Below are positions 56,188-64,000 of a stretch of 64,000 bases of DNA, in pieces. Numbering within the stretch: the stretch's first letter is position 1; every line of letters begins with the position of its first letter. The stretch comes from an uncultured Candidatus Saccharibacteria bacterium (GTDB lineage: Bacteria; Patescibacteriota; Minisyncoccia; Phycocordibacterales; PALSA-1337). The notes beneath the pieces are model-generated. The model searched no databases. It had not been told where the DNA came from and saw only the letters and a list, made by a program, of their open reading frames with translations. The translations under genes were made by a program, and so were the position numbers. The DNA is taken from contig CAZGUZ010000004.1 in assembly GCA_964529025.1 (NCBI GenBank), positions 4,805 through 68,804 on the forward strand, in the 5' to 3' direction.

Positions 56188-58392
56188 CTATTCCTTCTTT
56201 GGGGCTTTGCGAGCAAATCTACCTTTTCGCACAGCTTTTGGTTCACTGAATATTTCGAGGGCTCGCTTAAGTTCGATGGTGTATACATCGTCCTTTTTGA
56301 GTGACCTAAAATCACCATCGTGCACAACATATGGACCAAAGCGGCCATTATTAGCAGTTATTGTCTTGTGGGTTTCTGGGTGCTCTCCTAAAACTCGAGG
56401 GAGACTCAAAAATTTAAGTGCATCGGCAAGGGTAACACTTGCTATTTCGACACCGCGTGGTATAGAAGCCATTTTGGGCTTAGTTGCTTTTTCAGCTTTA
56501 CTTGCTGTTTTCTCTGCACGAGTACCAAGCTGAACATACGGTCCATATTTACCGACAAGTACAAAAATTGGTAGGCCGGTAGCAGGGTCAAAACCGAGTG
56601 GTTCATCTTTTTTAATTTCGGTTCCATCAAGCATGAGGGCTCCTGTACAATCGGGATAATTACTGCAAGAAAGAAACTTTCCATTGCGGCCAAGTTTAAT
56701 TACCATATGCTTTCCGCAAGTAGGACATTTAAACTTTGGATCAGCATCGCCAAGATGCGTTGCTTTTTCAAGCTTTTCTTTACTTTTTACCTCTTTAAGG
56801 AATGGCTTATAGAATTCTGAAAGTGTTTTTTCGTACTCTTTTTCACCATGTGCTATATGGTCGAGTTTGTCTTCCATTTCGGCAGTAAAGGTGTCGCTAA
56901 TGTATGTTGGAAAATTTTCTTCAAGGAAAGTTGATACGACTTCGCCAGTATCAGTGGGGAAGAGAGTTTTGCCTTCTTTAGTTACGTACTCGCGCTCAAT
57001 AATTGTATTGATGATTGAAGCATAGGTGGAAGGTCGCCCAATACCACGCTTTTCAAGTTCGTGTACAAGGCCGGCTTCAGTATAGCGTGACGGTGGCTCG
57101 GTTTGCTTTTCAATGTCGGTAATTGAAAGCAGGGTAAGTTTCTCACCCTCTGTTACTTTTGGTAGGGTAACTTCTTCGCCTTGAGCATCGGGGTCAGCTT
57201 TAAGCCAACCGTCGAATAGTATGCGGTTACCGTTGGCAGTAAAGTCGGGAGTTTCTGCAGCACCTGTTATACGCGCAACAATTTTTGTACGCATGATTGA
57301 AGCATCGGCCATTTGTGAAGCTATGGTTCGTTGCCAGATGAGTTTGTACAGACTTTTTTGCTCATCGGTAAAACCGGCAGATAATTTACTAAGGTCAGTA
57401 GGACGAATTGCCTCGTGAGCTTCCTGCGCATTTTTACTCTTTGCAGCAAAAGTATTTTCGGCATGATACTGCGCTCCATACATTGATTTAATTACAGTTG
57501 CAGCTTGCGCAATTGCAACTTTACTCAATGTTGTACTGTCGGTACGCATATAAGTAATTGCTCCAGCTTCATAGAGCTTTTGCGCAATTGACATGGTTTT
57601 TGAAGGAGAGTAGCCAAGTCGTGTGCTTGCAACCTGCTGGAGTGTTGAAGTAATAAAAGGAGCTCGCGCACTACGTGAGACTTTTGACTCTTGAATTGCT
57701 GCCACTTGCCAGTCGTTAGTCTGAGCAGCTTTGAGAATTTTTTCTACAATATCGCGTGATCGGGGCTCTTCTGTAGCAGTTACCAAGAGTTCTGCTCCAG
57801 CTTGTGTTTTAGTTTTTGCTTGCAAAACCCAGTATGTCTCGGGAATAAATGCTTTAATTTCGCGTTCACGCTCGACAATAATACGGAGGGCTGGTGATTG
57901 TACTCGCCCAGCAGAAAGGCCATAGCGGACTTTTTTCCAAATAACTCCAGAAAGATCGTAGCCTACTAGTCGATCGAGTACACGTCGTGCCTCTTGAGCT
58001 TTACGCAAGTTTGTATCAATGGCTCGAGGGTGAGCAATTGCATCTAAAATAGCGTCTTTAGTAATTTCGTGAAAAGTAATTCTTTTTGGGTGCTTGAGGT
58101 TTGCACTTTCGGCAATGTGCCAGGCTATAGCTTCACCTTCGCGGTCGGGGTCGGTTGCAAGGTAAACGGTGTCAGCTTTTTTTGCGAGTTTTTGAATATT
58201 TGCAATGATATCTTCTTTTCCGGGTGATACTACATATCGAGGCGCAAAGCCATTTTCTATGTCTATTGCTGTCTTATTACTCTTAGGTAAATCACGAATG
58301 TGACCCACAGATGCAGTAACAGTGTACCCAGATCCAAGATAGGTGCTGAGCTTTTTAACTTTAGAGGGTGACTCCACAATTACAAGTTTCAT
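56188..58392 (-). CDS. topA: DNA topoisomerase I
   Basis: TOPRIM N-terminus LVIVESPSKVKKL, the active-site Tyr region, and C-terminal Zn-ribbon-like repeats (CPTCGKHMV). Confidence 0.95.
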   Translation of the reverse strand: MKLVIVESPSKVKKLSTYLGSGYTVTASVGHIRDLPKSNKTAIDIENGFAPRYVVSPGKEDIIANIQKLAKKADTVYLATDPDREGEAIAWHIAESANLKHPKRITFHEITKDAILDAIAHPRAIDTNLRKAQEARRVLDRLVGYDLSGVIWKKVRYGLSAGRVQSPALRIIVEREREIKAFIPETYWVLQAKTKTQAGAELLVTATEEPRSRDIVEKILKAAQTNDWQVAAIQESKVSRSARAPFITSTLQQVASTRLGYSPSKTMSIAQKLYEAGAITYMRTDSTTLSKVAIAQAATVIKSMYGAQYHAENTFAAKSKNAQEAHEAIRPTDLSKLSAGFTDEQKSLYKLIWQRTIASQMADASIMRTKIVARITGAAETPDFTANGNRILFDGWLKADPDAQGEEVTLPKVTEGEKLTLLSITDIEKQTEPPSRYTEAGLVHELEKRGIGRPSTYASIINTIIEREYVTKEGKTLFPTDTGEVVSTFLEENFPTYISDTFTAEMEDKLDHIAHGEKEYEKTLSEFYKPFLKEVKSKEKLEKATHLGDADPKFKCPTCGKHMVIKLGRNGKFLSCSNYPDCTGALMLDGTEIKKDEPLGFDPATGLPIFVLVGKYGPYVQLGTRAEKTASKAEKATKPKMASIPRGVEIASVTLADALKFLSLPRVLGEHPETHKTITANNGRFGPYVVHDGDFRSLKKDDVYTIELKRALEIFSEPKAVRKGRFARKAPKKE

Positions 58393-58502
58393 TGTGTACA
58401 GTATTACACGGTTTTTTAAAAAAGTGCAATTTCTGTGGTCAAATATGTGAATAAACTCACATGAAATGTCGGTGATGTGTGCCGCTATTATATCGGTGCA
58501 GA

Positions 58503-59417
58503 CTAGTTTGATAGAGGGGTACGAGCTAATTCATACTGACCAGCACTGAGTGTAATTATTCCTTTAAGCTCAAGGTTGAGGAGTGTTTCGTATATATCGT
58601 GCTCTGCCAAAAACTTTTGTTGTTCAAGAGTTTGCACAATTAAATTGAGTGATGCTGGACCATTTTTAAGAATGCTGACGATAGCTACACTCAAGGGGTC
58701 GGTGTTTTGAGTAGATGTAGAGTTTGAGACTTTGTGTCGGGTAACTTTTTGCTTAAGGCACGGATGCTCAAGAATATAGGTTCGCAATGTTTCAATGCTT
58801 GTAACTGGTGTTGCTCCATGTTTAATTAAGTTATGAGTACCATGTGAAAGGGGCGAGAATATAGAGCCAGGGACAGCAAAAATGTCGCGGTTAAATTCAA
58901 GGGCATGAAAAGCAGTAATTAGACTACCGCTTTTGTGGTCAGCTTCGATAATTACAACTGCATGGCAAAGTGCCGCCATGAGTTTATTACGTACAGGAAA
59001 CATCCAAGGCTGGCTTTGAGCATCGGGCTCGAACTGTGTTACCAAGGTACCACCACGATCAGTAATACTTTGAGCAAGCGATGCCGAAGCGCGCGGGTAA
59101 ATTACAGTACTCTTTATGCCAGAGCCAGGTACACCAATTGCAGGTATTTGAGCGTCGACAGCTGCTTGTAACGCATATGAATCAATGCCATATGCCAAAC
59201 CCGATATAATAGTGCAGGGTAAATCAGCTAATGCTTGCACTAATTCATATGTAACACGCTTGCCATATTCTGTAGGTCTACGAGAGCCTACAATGCAAAT
59301 ACAAATCCTATCATGTAAGAGCTGGGTCAAATGCGGGGCTGAGCTGTAAATATATGGCGGTGGGCCAATTGCTGTTTGAATGCGAATGGGTAGGGCTTCG
59401 AGTGGTATTTTGTGCAT
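58503..59417 (-). CDS. dprA: DNA processing protein DprA (Smf)
   Basis: Rossmann-like DprA core GLAYGIDSYALQAAV...IGVPGSGI. Confidence 0.8.
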   Translation of the reverse strand: MHKIPLEALPIRIQTAIGPPPYIYSSAPHLTQLLHDRICICIVGSRRPTEYGKRVTYELVQALADLPCTIISGLAYGIDSYALQAAVDAQIPAIGVPGSGIKSTVIYPRASASLAQSITDRGGTLVTQFEPDAQSQPWMFPVRNKLMAALCHAVVIIEADHKSGSLITAFHALEFNRDIFAVPGSIFSPLSHGTHNLIKHGATPVTSIETLRTYILEHPCLKQKVTRHKVSNSTSTQNTDPLSVAIVSILKNGPASLNLIVQTLEQQKFLAEHDIYETLLNLELKGIITLSAGQYELARTPLSN

Positions 59418-59518
59418 AATTTGATACTATTAGAGAATAATAACTATAGTCTGTCATTGATAGATAAATTGTTAATCAATTATTCTTCAATGAAAGATAA
59501 AAAACTTGAGAGAAAACC

Positions 59519-60796
59519 ATGCTCGACATAAAATTTATCCGTGAAAATAAAGAGTTGATTGCCCAAGGTGCACAGAAAAAGCGCATTAAATTTGATGTTG
59601 AAGCTCTCATTTCTCTTGATACAGAACGCCGCGACCTTTTAACTAAAGTCGAGAATCAGCGTGCAGAACAAAATGCTGCCACTGAAAAGATTTCTCAAGC
59701 ACAAGATCAGACTGAACGAGCACGGCTCATTGATTCAATGAAGATCCTCAAAGAAACTCTTCAGGCCGACGAAGAAAAGCTCAAAGAGGTCATGAAAAAG
59801 TGGCAAGCACTCATGCTCGAAGTGCCCAACATTCCTGACATTTCAGTTCCTGAAGGTGAATCAGATGCCGATAATCGAGAAGAGCGTGTATGGGGAACTC
59901 AGCCTACAATGAATTTTGAGCCTAAAGACCATATAGAAATTATGGAAAAGCTCGACATTGTTGATTTTGAGCGCGGTGTTAAGGTGGCAGGTTTCCGAGG
60001 ATATTTCCTTAAGGGCCTTGGAGCGCAACTTGAACTTGCTGTGTGGAATTTAGCTGTTGATATGCTTACTCGTCGAGGCTATCAGCTTATTATTGCTCCA
60101 TCTCGTGTTCGCCGAGAATCTTTTGTAGGGACAGGTATGATTCCGCAAAGCGAAGAGGATCTTTATAAAGTTGGCGAAAATGAATATTTGGCTGGTACTG
60201 CCGAGGTTCCAACAATGGGGTACCACATGAATGAAACTCTCGCAGCAACTGATTTGCCTAAAAAGTATTTGGCTTTTTCTCCTTGTTTTCGTGCAGAAGC
60301 CGGAAAGCACGGTAAAGATGTTAAGGGTCTGATTCGAGTGCATGAATTCTTCAAGATGGAACAAGTTATTTTATGTGAAGCAAGTCATGCAGAAAGTGTT
60401 CGCCTCCACGAAGAGCTTACGCAGAATGCAGAAGATATTATGCAGGCACTTAAGTTGCACTACCATGTTGTGGTTAATTGTGGTGCTGATCTTGGTTTAG
60501 GGCAAGTTAAAAAATACGACATTGAGGCTTGGATGCCATCACAAAAGAAATTCCGCGAAACACATTCTTCATCATATTTCCACGATTTCCAAACTCGCCG
60601 ACTCAACATTCGCTACAAAGATGCTGAGGGAAAAATTCGCTATACACACTCACTCAATAATACGGCGGTTGCAACACCTCGAATTCTTGCATGTATCATA
60701 GAAAACTATCAGCAAGCTGACGGCAGCGTTATTATTCCCGAAGTATTGCGCCCATATATGGGAGGCGCAACCGTTATTACTCCGCGAGCAAATTAA
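59519..60796 (+). CDS. serS: seryl-tRNA synthetase
   Basis: N-terminal coiled coil and class II motifs (FRAEAGKHGKDVKGLIRVHEF; GLGQVKKYDIEAWMP). Confidence 0.95.
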   Translation: MLDIKFIRENKELIAQGAQKKRIKFDVEALISLDTERRDLLTKVENQRAEQNAATEKISQAQDQTERARLIDSMKILKETLQADEEKLKEVMKKWQALMLEVPNIPDISVPEGESDADNREERVWGTQPTMNFEPKDHIEIMEKLDIVDFERGVKVAGFRGYFLKGLGAQLELAVWNLAVDMLTRRGYQLIIAPSRVRRESFVGTGMIPQSEEDLYKVGENEYLAGTAEVPTMGYHMNETLAATDLPKKYLAFSPCFRAEAGKHGKDVKGLIRVHEFFKMEQVILCEASHAESVRLHEELTQNAEDIMQALKLHYHVVVNCGADLGLGQVKKYDIEAWMPSQKKFRETHSSSYFHDFQTRRLNIRYKDAEGKIRYTHSLNNTAVATPRILACIIENYQQADGSVIIPEVLRPYMGGATVITPRAN

Positions 60797-60811
60797 ATCG
60801 CAAAATTTTCT

Positions 60812-61726
60812 ATGTGTGCTCGTACATTACAATCTCCACAGCGTGCTCAACAAGTAAAGATTCGCCAAGGAATTGTATTCGGTAGTTTTTTTGTACTCGC
60901 CGTGCTACTTATTGGCGGGGTAGTGAGCTTATTGCGTAGCGACATCCTTAACATTGCAAAACTCGATGTTATTGGCGCTCGCAGTATTAATACTGAGCAA
61001 ATTTCACTCGAGATTGAAAAATTCTTTGATGAGAACGCTTCTTTATTTGCTCACGAACGCAGCTGGGTTGCTTTTTCGAGTAAAGGCCTCGCTAATTATC
61101 TTGAGACAGCATTGCCTGTTGTCGAAGATGTCACGGTTGAGCGCAATGGTTTGGGATCAATAACGGTAACACTTAATGAACGTCAGCCATATGCACAGAT
61201 GTGTTCTGTGTCAGGAAACGCTCTTATTGTTCCGTGTTTCCATATCGATGCTCAAGGAGTAATTTTTGGACAAATTGCAGAGCAGGGTGCAGAAAGCCTC
61301 AACGCCTCATCGACGGTAGCCATGAATATTGAGCCGGCGCATATTAAGGTCGGTTTTTCTGATTTTATTCCAAGCCTGCCCGAAGATCAAAAGCCACAGC
61401 AATTTAACCCCCACATTTGGGAAGGAATAACCAATACAATTACAACTTTTGATAGTTACGGACTCATTATTGATTCAGTGCTCGTAGTGTCGTCGACAAC
61501 GGTTCGTATTGATGTCGGTTCTTTTGTAATAAAAGCGCCGCTCTTTGGTGAGTTTGGTCCTGCAAAAGCGGCCGAAAATGTTGCAGCACTCCTTATTCAA
61601 AAATTTAATTGGCATAAAGGCATGCCATTGCCACAGCTCGATTATATTGACGCTCGATACGGTAATGCACTATTTTATCGCACAATTGGAGGTTCTTCAT
61701 ATGAACAAAGTGCTGAAAGTCTCTAG
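60812..61726 (+). CDS. FtsQ/DivIB-like cell division protein (POTRA domain)
   Basis: N-terminal TM; VIGARSINTEQISLEIEKFF and VEDVTVERNGLGSITVTLNERQPYA fit the FtsQ POTRA pattern. Confidence 0.45.
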   Translation: MCARTLQSPQRAQQVKIRQGIVFGSFFVLAVLLIGGVVSLLRSDILNIAKLDVIGARSINTEQISLEIEKFFDENASLFAHERSWVAFSSKGLANYLETALPVVEDVTVERNGLGSITVTLNERQPYAQMCSVSGNALIVPCFHIDAQGVIFGQIAEQGAESLNASSTVAMNIEPAHIKVGFSDFIPSLPEDQKPQQFNPHIWEGITNTITTFDSYGLIIDSVLVVSSTTVRIDVGSFVIKAPLFGEFGPAKAAENVAALLIQKFNWHKGMPLPQLDYIDARYGNALFYRTIGGSSYEQSAESL

Positions 61727-61734
61727 ATAATTTA

Positions 61735-62685
61735 GTGTACAATAGTACTATGCGCAGAAAGAATCCCTACAAGTCTATAGTCTTCCAATATGTACTCTTT
61801 TCTTGTGCGGCAATTTTTGCTGGCTTCGCTGGTACCTACTTTGTTGTTAAAGTGGCTTCGCTCAACCAACTTTTTGCTCGCATTCCGCGCTCTTTTAATA
61901 TTTTTGAACGAACCGAAGAGGTGACTCACCGAGAAATAGCTGGGGGAAGACTTGGTCTATTAGCTCAAGCATACATTGTTAAGCGACTCGATACGGGGGA
62001 AATTTTGTATGAATACAATCCCGATAAAGTTTTGCCTATTGCTTCAGTTACAAAGCTTGTTACGGCAGTTGTTGCACGCGAGGCTCTTGATCTAGATTCA
62101 CGCGTTACGATCGATGACAATATTCTTGCAACCGAAGGTGTTGCCGGTAACTTACGAAGAGGTGAGAGTCTACGAGTTCGAGAGCTCATGTACCCACTCC
62201 TCATGGTTTCAAGTAATGATGCTGCCGAGGCTATTGCCCGAGCACAGTCACGATCTGATTTCATTGCACTTATGAATCGCTGGGTTCGCAGTATTGGTGC
62301 TACGCAAACAACTTTTGATGATCCTTCAGGATTATCACCACGCAATACATCATCGGCTCGAGATGTTTTGGCAATTCTCGAAAAGATTTCTACTTCATAC
62401 GATGGAATTATCGATATTACTCGGCTCAAAACTTTTACGGTACGCTCACATGTTTGGCAGAATCCAACATCGTTTCTTAATTTAAGTCAGTACCAAGGTG
62501 GCAAGAATGGATATACCGAAGAAGCCGATCGAACCGCCGCTCTATTGTTCGGTATTCCTGCTCAAAAGTATGGCGATGAATCAGAGACGGTTCCCATTGC
62601 TGTTGTTATCTTAAAAAGTAGTGATCGCTCAAAAGATGTGCTCAAAATACTCGATACACTTGAGAAAGACTTCGGAGTGCGCTAA
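61735..62685 (+). CDS. D-alanyl-D-alanine carboxypeptidase (S11/PBP5-like)
   Basis: SVTK (SxxK), SSND (SxN) motifs and a later KNG-like motif (GKNGYT). Confidence 0.7.
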   Translation: MYNSTMRRKNPYKSIVFQYVLFSCAAIFAGFAGTYFVVKVASLNQLFARIPRSFNIFERTEEVTHREIAGGRLGLLAQAYIVKRLDTGEILYEYNPDKVLPIASVTKLVTAVVAREALDLDSRVTIDDNILATEGVAGNLRRGESLRVRELMYPLLMVSSNDAAEAIARAQSRSDFIALMNRWVRSIGATQTTFDDPSGLSPRNTSSARDVLAILEKISTSYDGIIDITRLKTFTVRSHVWQNPTSFLNLSQYQGGKNGYTEEADRTAALLFGIPAQKYGDESETVPIAVVILKSSDRSKDVLKILDTLEKDFGVR

Positions 62686-62696
62686 TCTCGTACATA

Positions 62697-63881
62697 ATGA
62701 AACTAGGATCAATCATACATACCCTATGTAAGTATTGGGCAAAAGTGTTGCCAGGGAATAGTGCTTTACATAAGCCACAAACTCCACCACACGATAATCA
62801 TGGCTTTTGGAAAGATCTTCCTGCTGGTTTTTGTGTTCTTGCACCTATGGCCGATGTTACCGATGCTGCCTTTAGACGAATGATAGCAAAATATAGTCGA
62901 ATGGGAGCCAAAGGAGGCGGTCCACATGTTATGTGGACAGAGTTCGTATCAGCAGATGGACTTGCTTCGCGTGGGCGAGAGGTATTGTTACGTGATTTAG
63001 CATTTACGCCAGCAGAGCGACCTATTGTTGCTCAGCTCTTTACTTCGAATCCAGACAATATGAAGTTTGCTGCACGTTTAGTGAGCGAGCTGGGCTTTGA
63101 TGGAATTGACATAAATATGGGTTGCCCTGATAAGAGTATTGAAAAGCAGGGTGCAGGAGCTGCAATGATTAAAAACCCTGAGCTTGCTCAAAAAATTATT
63201 CGCGCAGCACAACAAGGTGCGCGTGAATATGCTGATGAACATGGTACACAGCCAATTCCTGTGTCAGTTAAAACTCGCGTTGGATATAGCAAGGTTGAAA
63301 TCGATCGTTGGATTCCACAAATTTTAAGTATGAATATTGCTGCTCTTACGATACATGCTCGTACTCGTAAGGATCTTTCATTAGTTCCTGCAAATTGGGA
63401 TTATGTTCGTAGTGTAGTTGCGCTTCGAAATTCTAGTACTGTTCTTAATGCACAAGGTATTGCTGTTCCTTGTACAACACGCATTATTGGTAACGGTGAT
63501 GTAACAACACTTGCTCAAGCTGCGCAGCGCGTTGCAGAGACCGGTTGCGATGGTGTTATGATTGGTCGCGGAATTTTTGGTAGCCCATGGTTTTTTGACT
63601 CTGAGTTTAATGCGAGTTCAATGCAAACAATACGCGAACGCTTACTTATTATGGTTGAGCATACAAAGCTTTATGCTGAGCTTCTTGGTGATGTAAAGAA
63701 TTTTGCAATTATGAAAAAGCACTATAAAGCATACGTGCATGGTTGGCATGGAGCAAAAGACTTTAGAATAAAGCTCATGGAGGCACAAAATGTTGCCGAT
63801 GTTGAGCGTTGTGTTAATGAATATTGTGCAGCAGAACCAGAACTCGTTGGTCAAAAACTTTCAAACTTTGGTATACTATAG
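62697..63881 (+). CDS. tRNA-dihydrouridine synthase
   Basis: LAPMADVTDAAFR, FDGIDINMGCP, and a C-terminal helical domain. Confidence 0.8.
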   Translation: MKLGSIIHTLCKYWAKVLPGNSALHKPQTPPHDNHGFWKDLPAGFCVLAPMADVTDAAFRRMIAKYSRMGAKGGGPHVMWTEFVSADGLASRGREVLLRDLAFTPAERPIVAQLFTSNPDNMKFAARLVSELGFDGIDINMGCPDKSIEKQGAGAAMIKNPELAQKIIRAAQQGAREYADEHGTQPIPVSVKTRVGYSKVEIDRWIPQILSMNIAALTIHARTRKDLSLVPANWDYVRSVVALRNSSTVLNAQGIAVPCTTRIIGNGDVTTLAQAAQRVAETGCDGVMIGRGIFGSPWFFDSEFNASSMQTIRERLLIMVEHTKLYAELLGDVKNFAIMKKHYKAYVHGWHGAKDFRIKLMEAQNVADVERCVNEYCAAEPELVGQKLSNFGIL

Positions 63882-63883
63882 GC

Positions 63884-64000
63884 ATGAAATCTTCAACAAA
63901 TTCTCGCACTGCCGAACCTCAAACTCATATAACCTTATACCGTAAGTACCGCCCACAAAAGTTTAATGATGTTAAAGGGCAAGATCATATTGTTGATGTT
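63884..64000 (+). CDS. dnaX: DNA polymerase III subunit gamma/tau, N-terminal fragment (continues beyond window)
   Basis: LYRKYRPQKFNDVKGQDHIVDV matches the DnaX N-terminus. Confidence 0.6.
   Translation, partial: MKSSTNSRTAEPQTHITLYRKYRPQKFNDVKGQDHIVDV

Noticed and set aside
1-64000. CRISPR arrays, integrases/transposases, rRNA genes
   Set aside because: No regularly spaced direct repeats with unique spacers, no recombinase/transposase-like ORFs, and no rRNA-like sequence were seen. The GC-rich inserts therefore lack an obvious mobility gene.
1-64000. Alternative genetic code (UGA recoding, as in Gracilibacteria/Absconditabacteria)
   Set aside because: Long housekeeping genes (gyrA 825 aa, clpB 892 aa, topA 734 aa, infB 517 aa) are intact under the standard code, and UGA terminates several well-delimited genes.

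Overview
This 64-kb window looks like a low-GC (about 40%) reduced bacterial genome, probably a Patescibacteria/CPR-like lineage. It uses the standard genetic code: long genes such as gyrA, clpB, topA and infB are intact.

Most of the window is housekeeping: ftsA-ftsZ, ybeY-rpsU, lepB, pth, rpsA, gyrA, infB-rbfA, clpB, hisS, truB, typA, alr, rpmG, miaA, parB, topA, dprA, serS, dus and the start of dnaX. There is also a thioredoxin/redox set (trxB, a DsbA-like protein, a Bcp peroxiredoxin) and a small DNA-repair cluster (AlkD-like protein, a photolyase-related protein, a NUDIX hydrolase). Seven tRNA genes are present.

The accessory content is less ordinary:
- A tandem array of six small VirB2/TrbC-like pilin paralogs at 21.2-24.1 kb, containing a perfect 354-bp duplication and Gly/Ser-rich repeat tails.
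- Several short GC-rich (about 55-60%) segments that look horizontally acquired. One is a three-gene membrane-protein operon at 24.1-26.6 kb next to a tRNA cluster. Another is a two-gene insert at 50.4-51.7 kb, bracketed by a 187-bp tandem duplication of the alr 5' end. A third is a small self-contained ORF at 54.7 kb.
- A recurring GC-rich non-coding element family of about 100-170 nt with at least five copies. Each carries a shared TTCGAAAGMCGGA start and a GTGACCRAWTC end. Two copies sit immediately 3' of tRNA genes, where their first 20-21 nt form a perfect inverted repeat of that tRNA's own 3' end.
- A candidate ncRNA of about 280 nt with a promoter and terminator downstream of uppP.
- A second, divergent HisRS-like paralog.
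- A protein fusing a membrane bPH_2 domain to a Schlafen/AlbA_2 domain.

No CRISPR array, integrase, transposase, rRNA, or recognisable RNase P, tmRNA or SRP RNA was found. Functional calls rest on motifs I read in the translations; no database search was possible.
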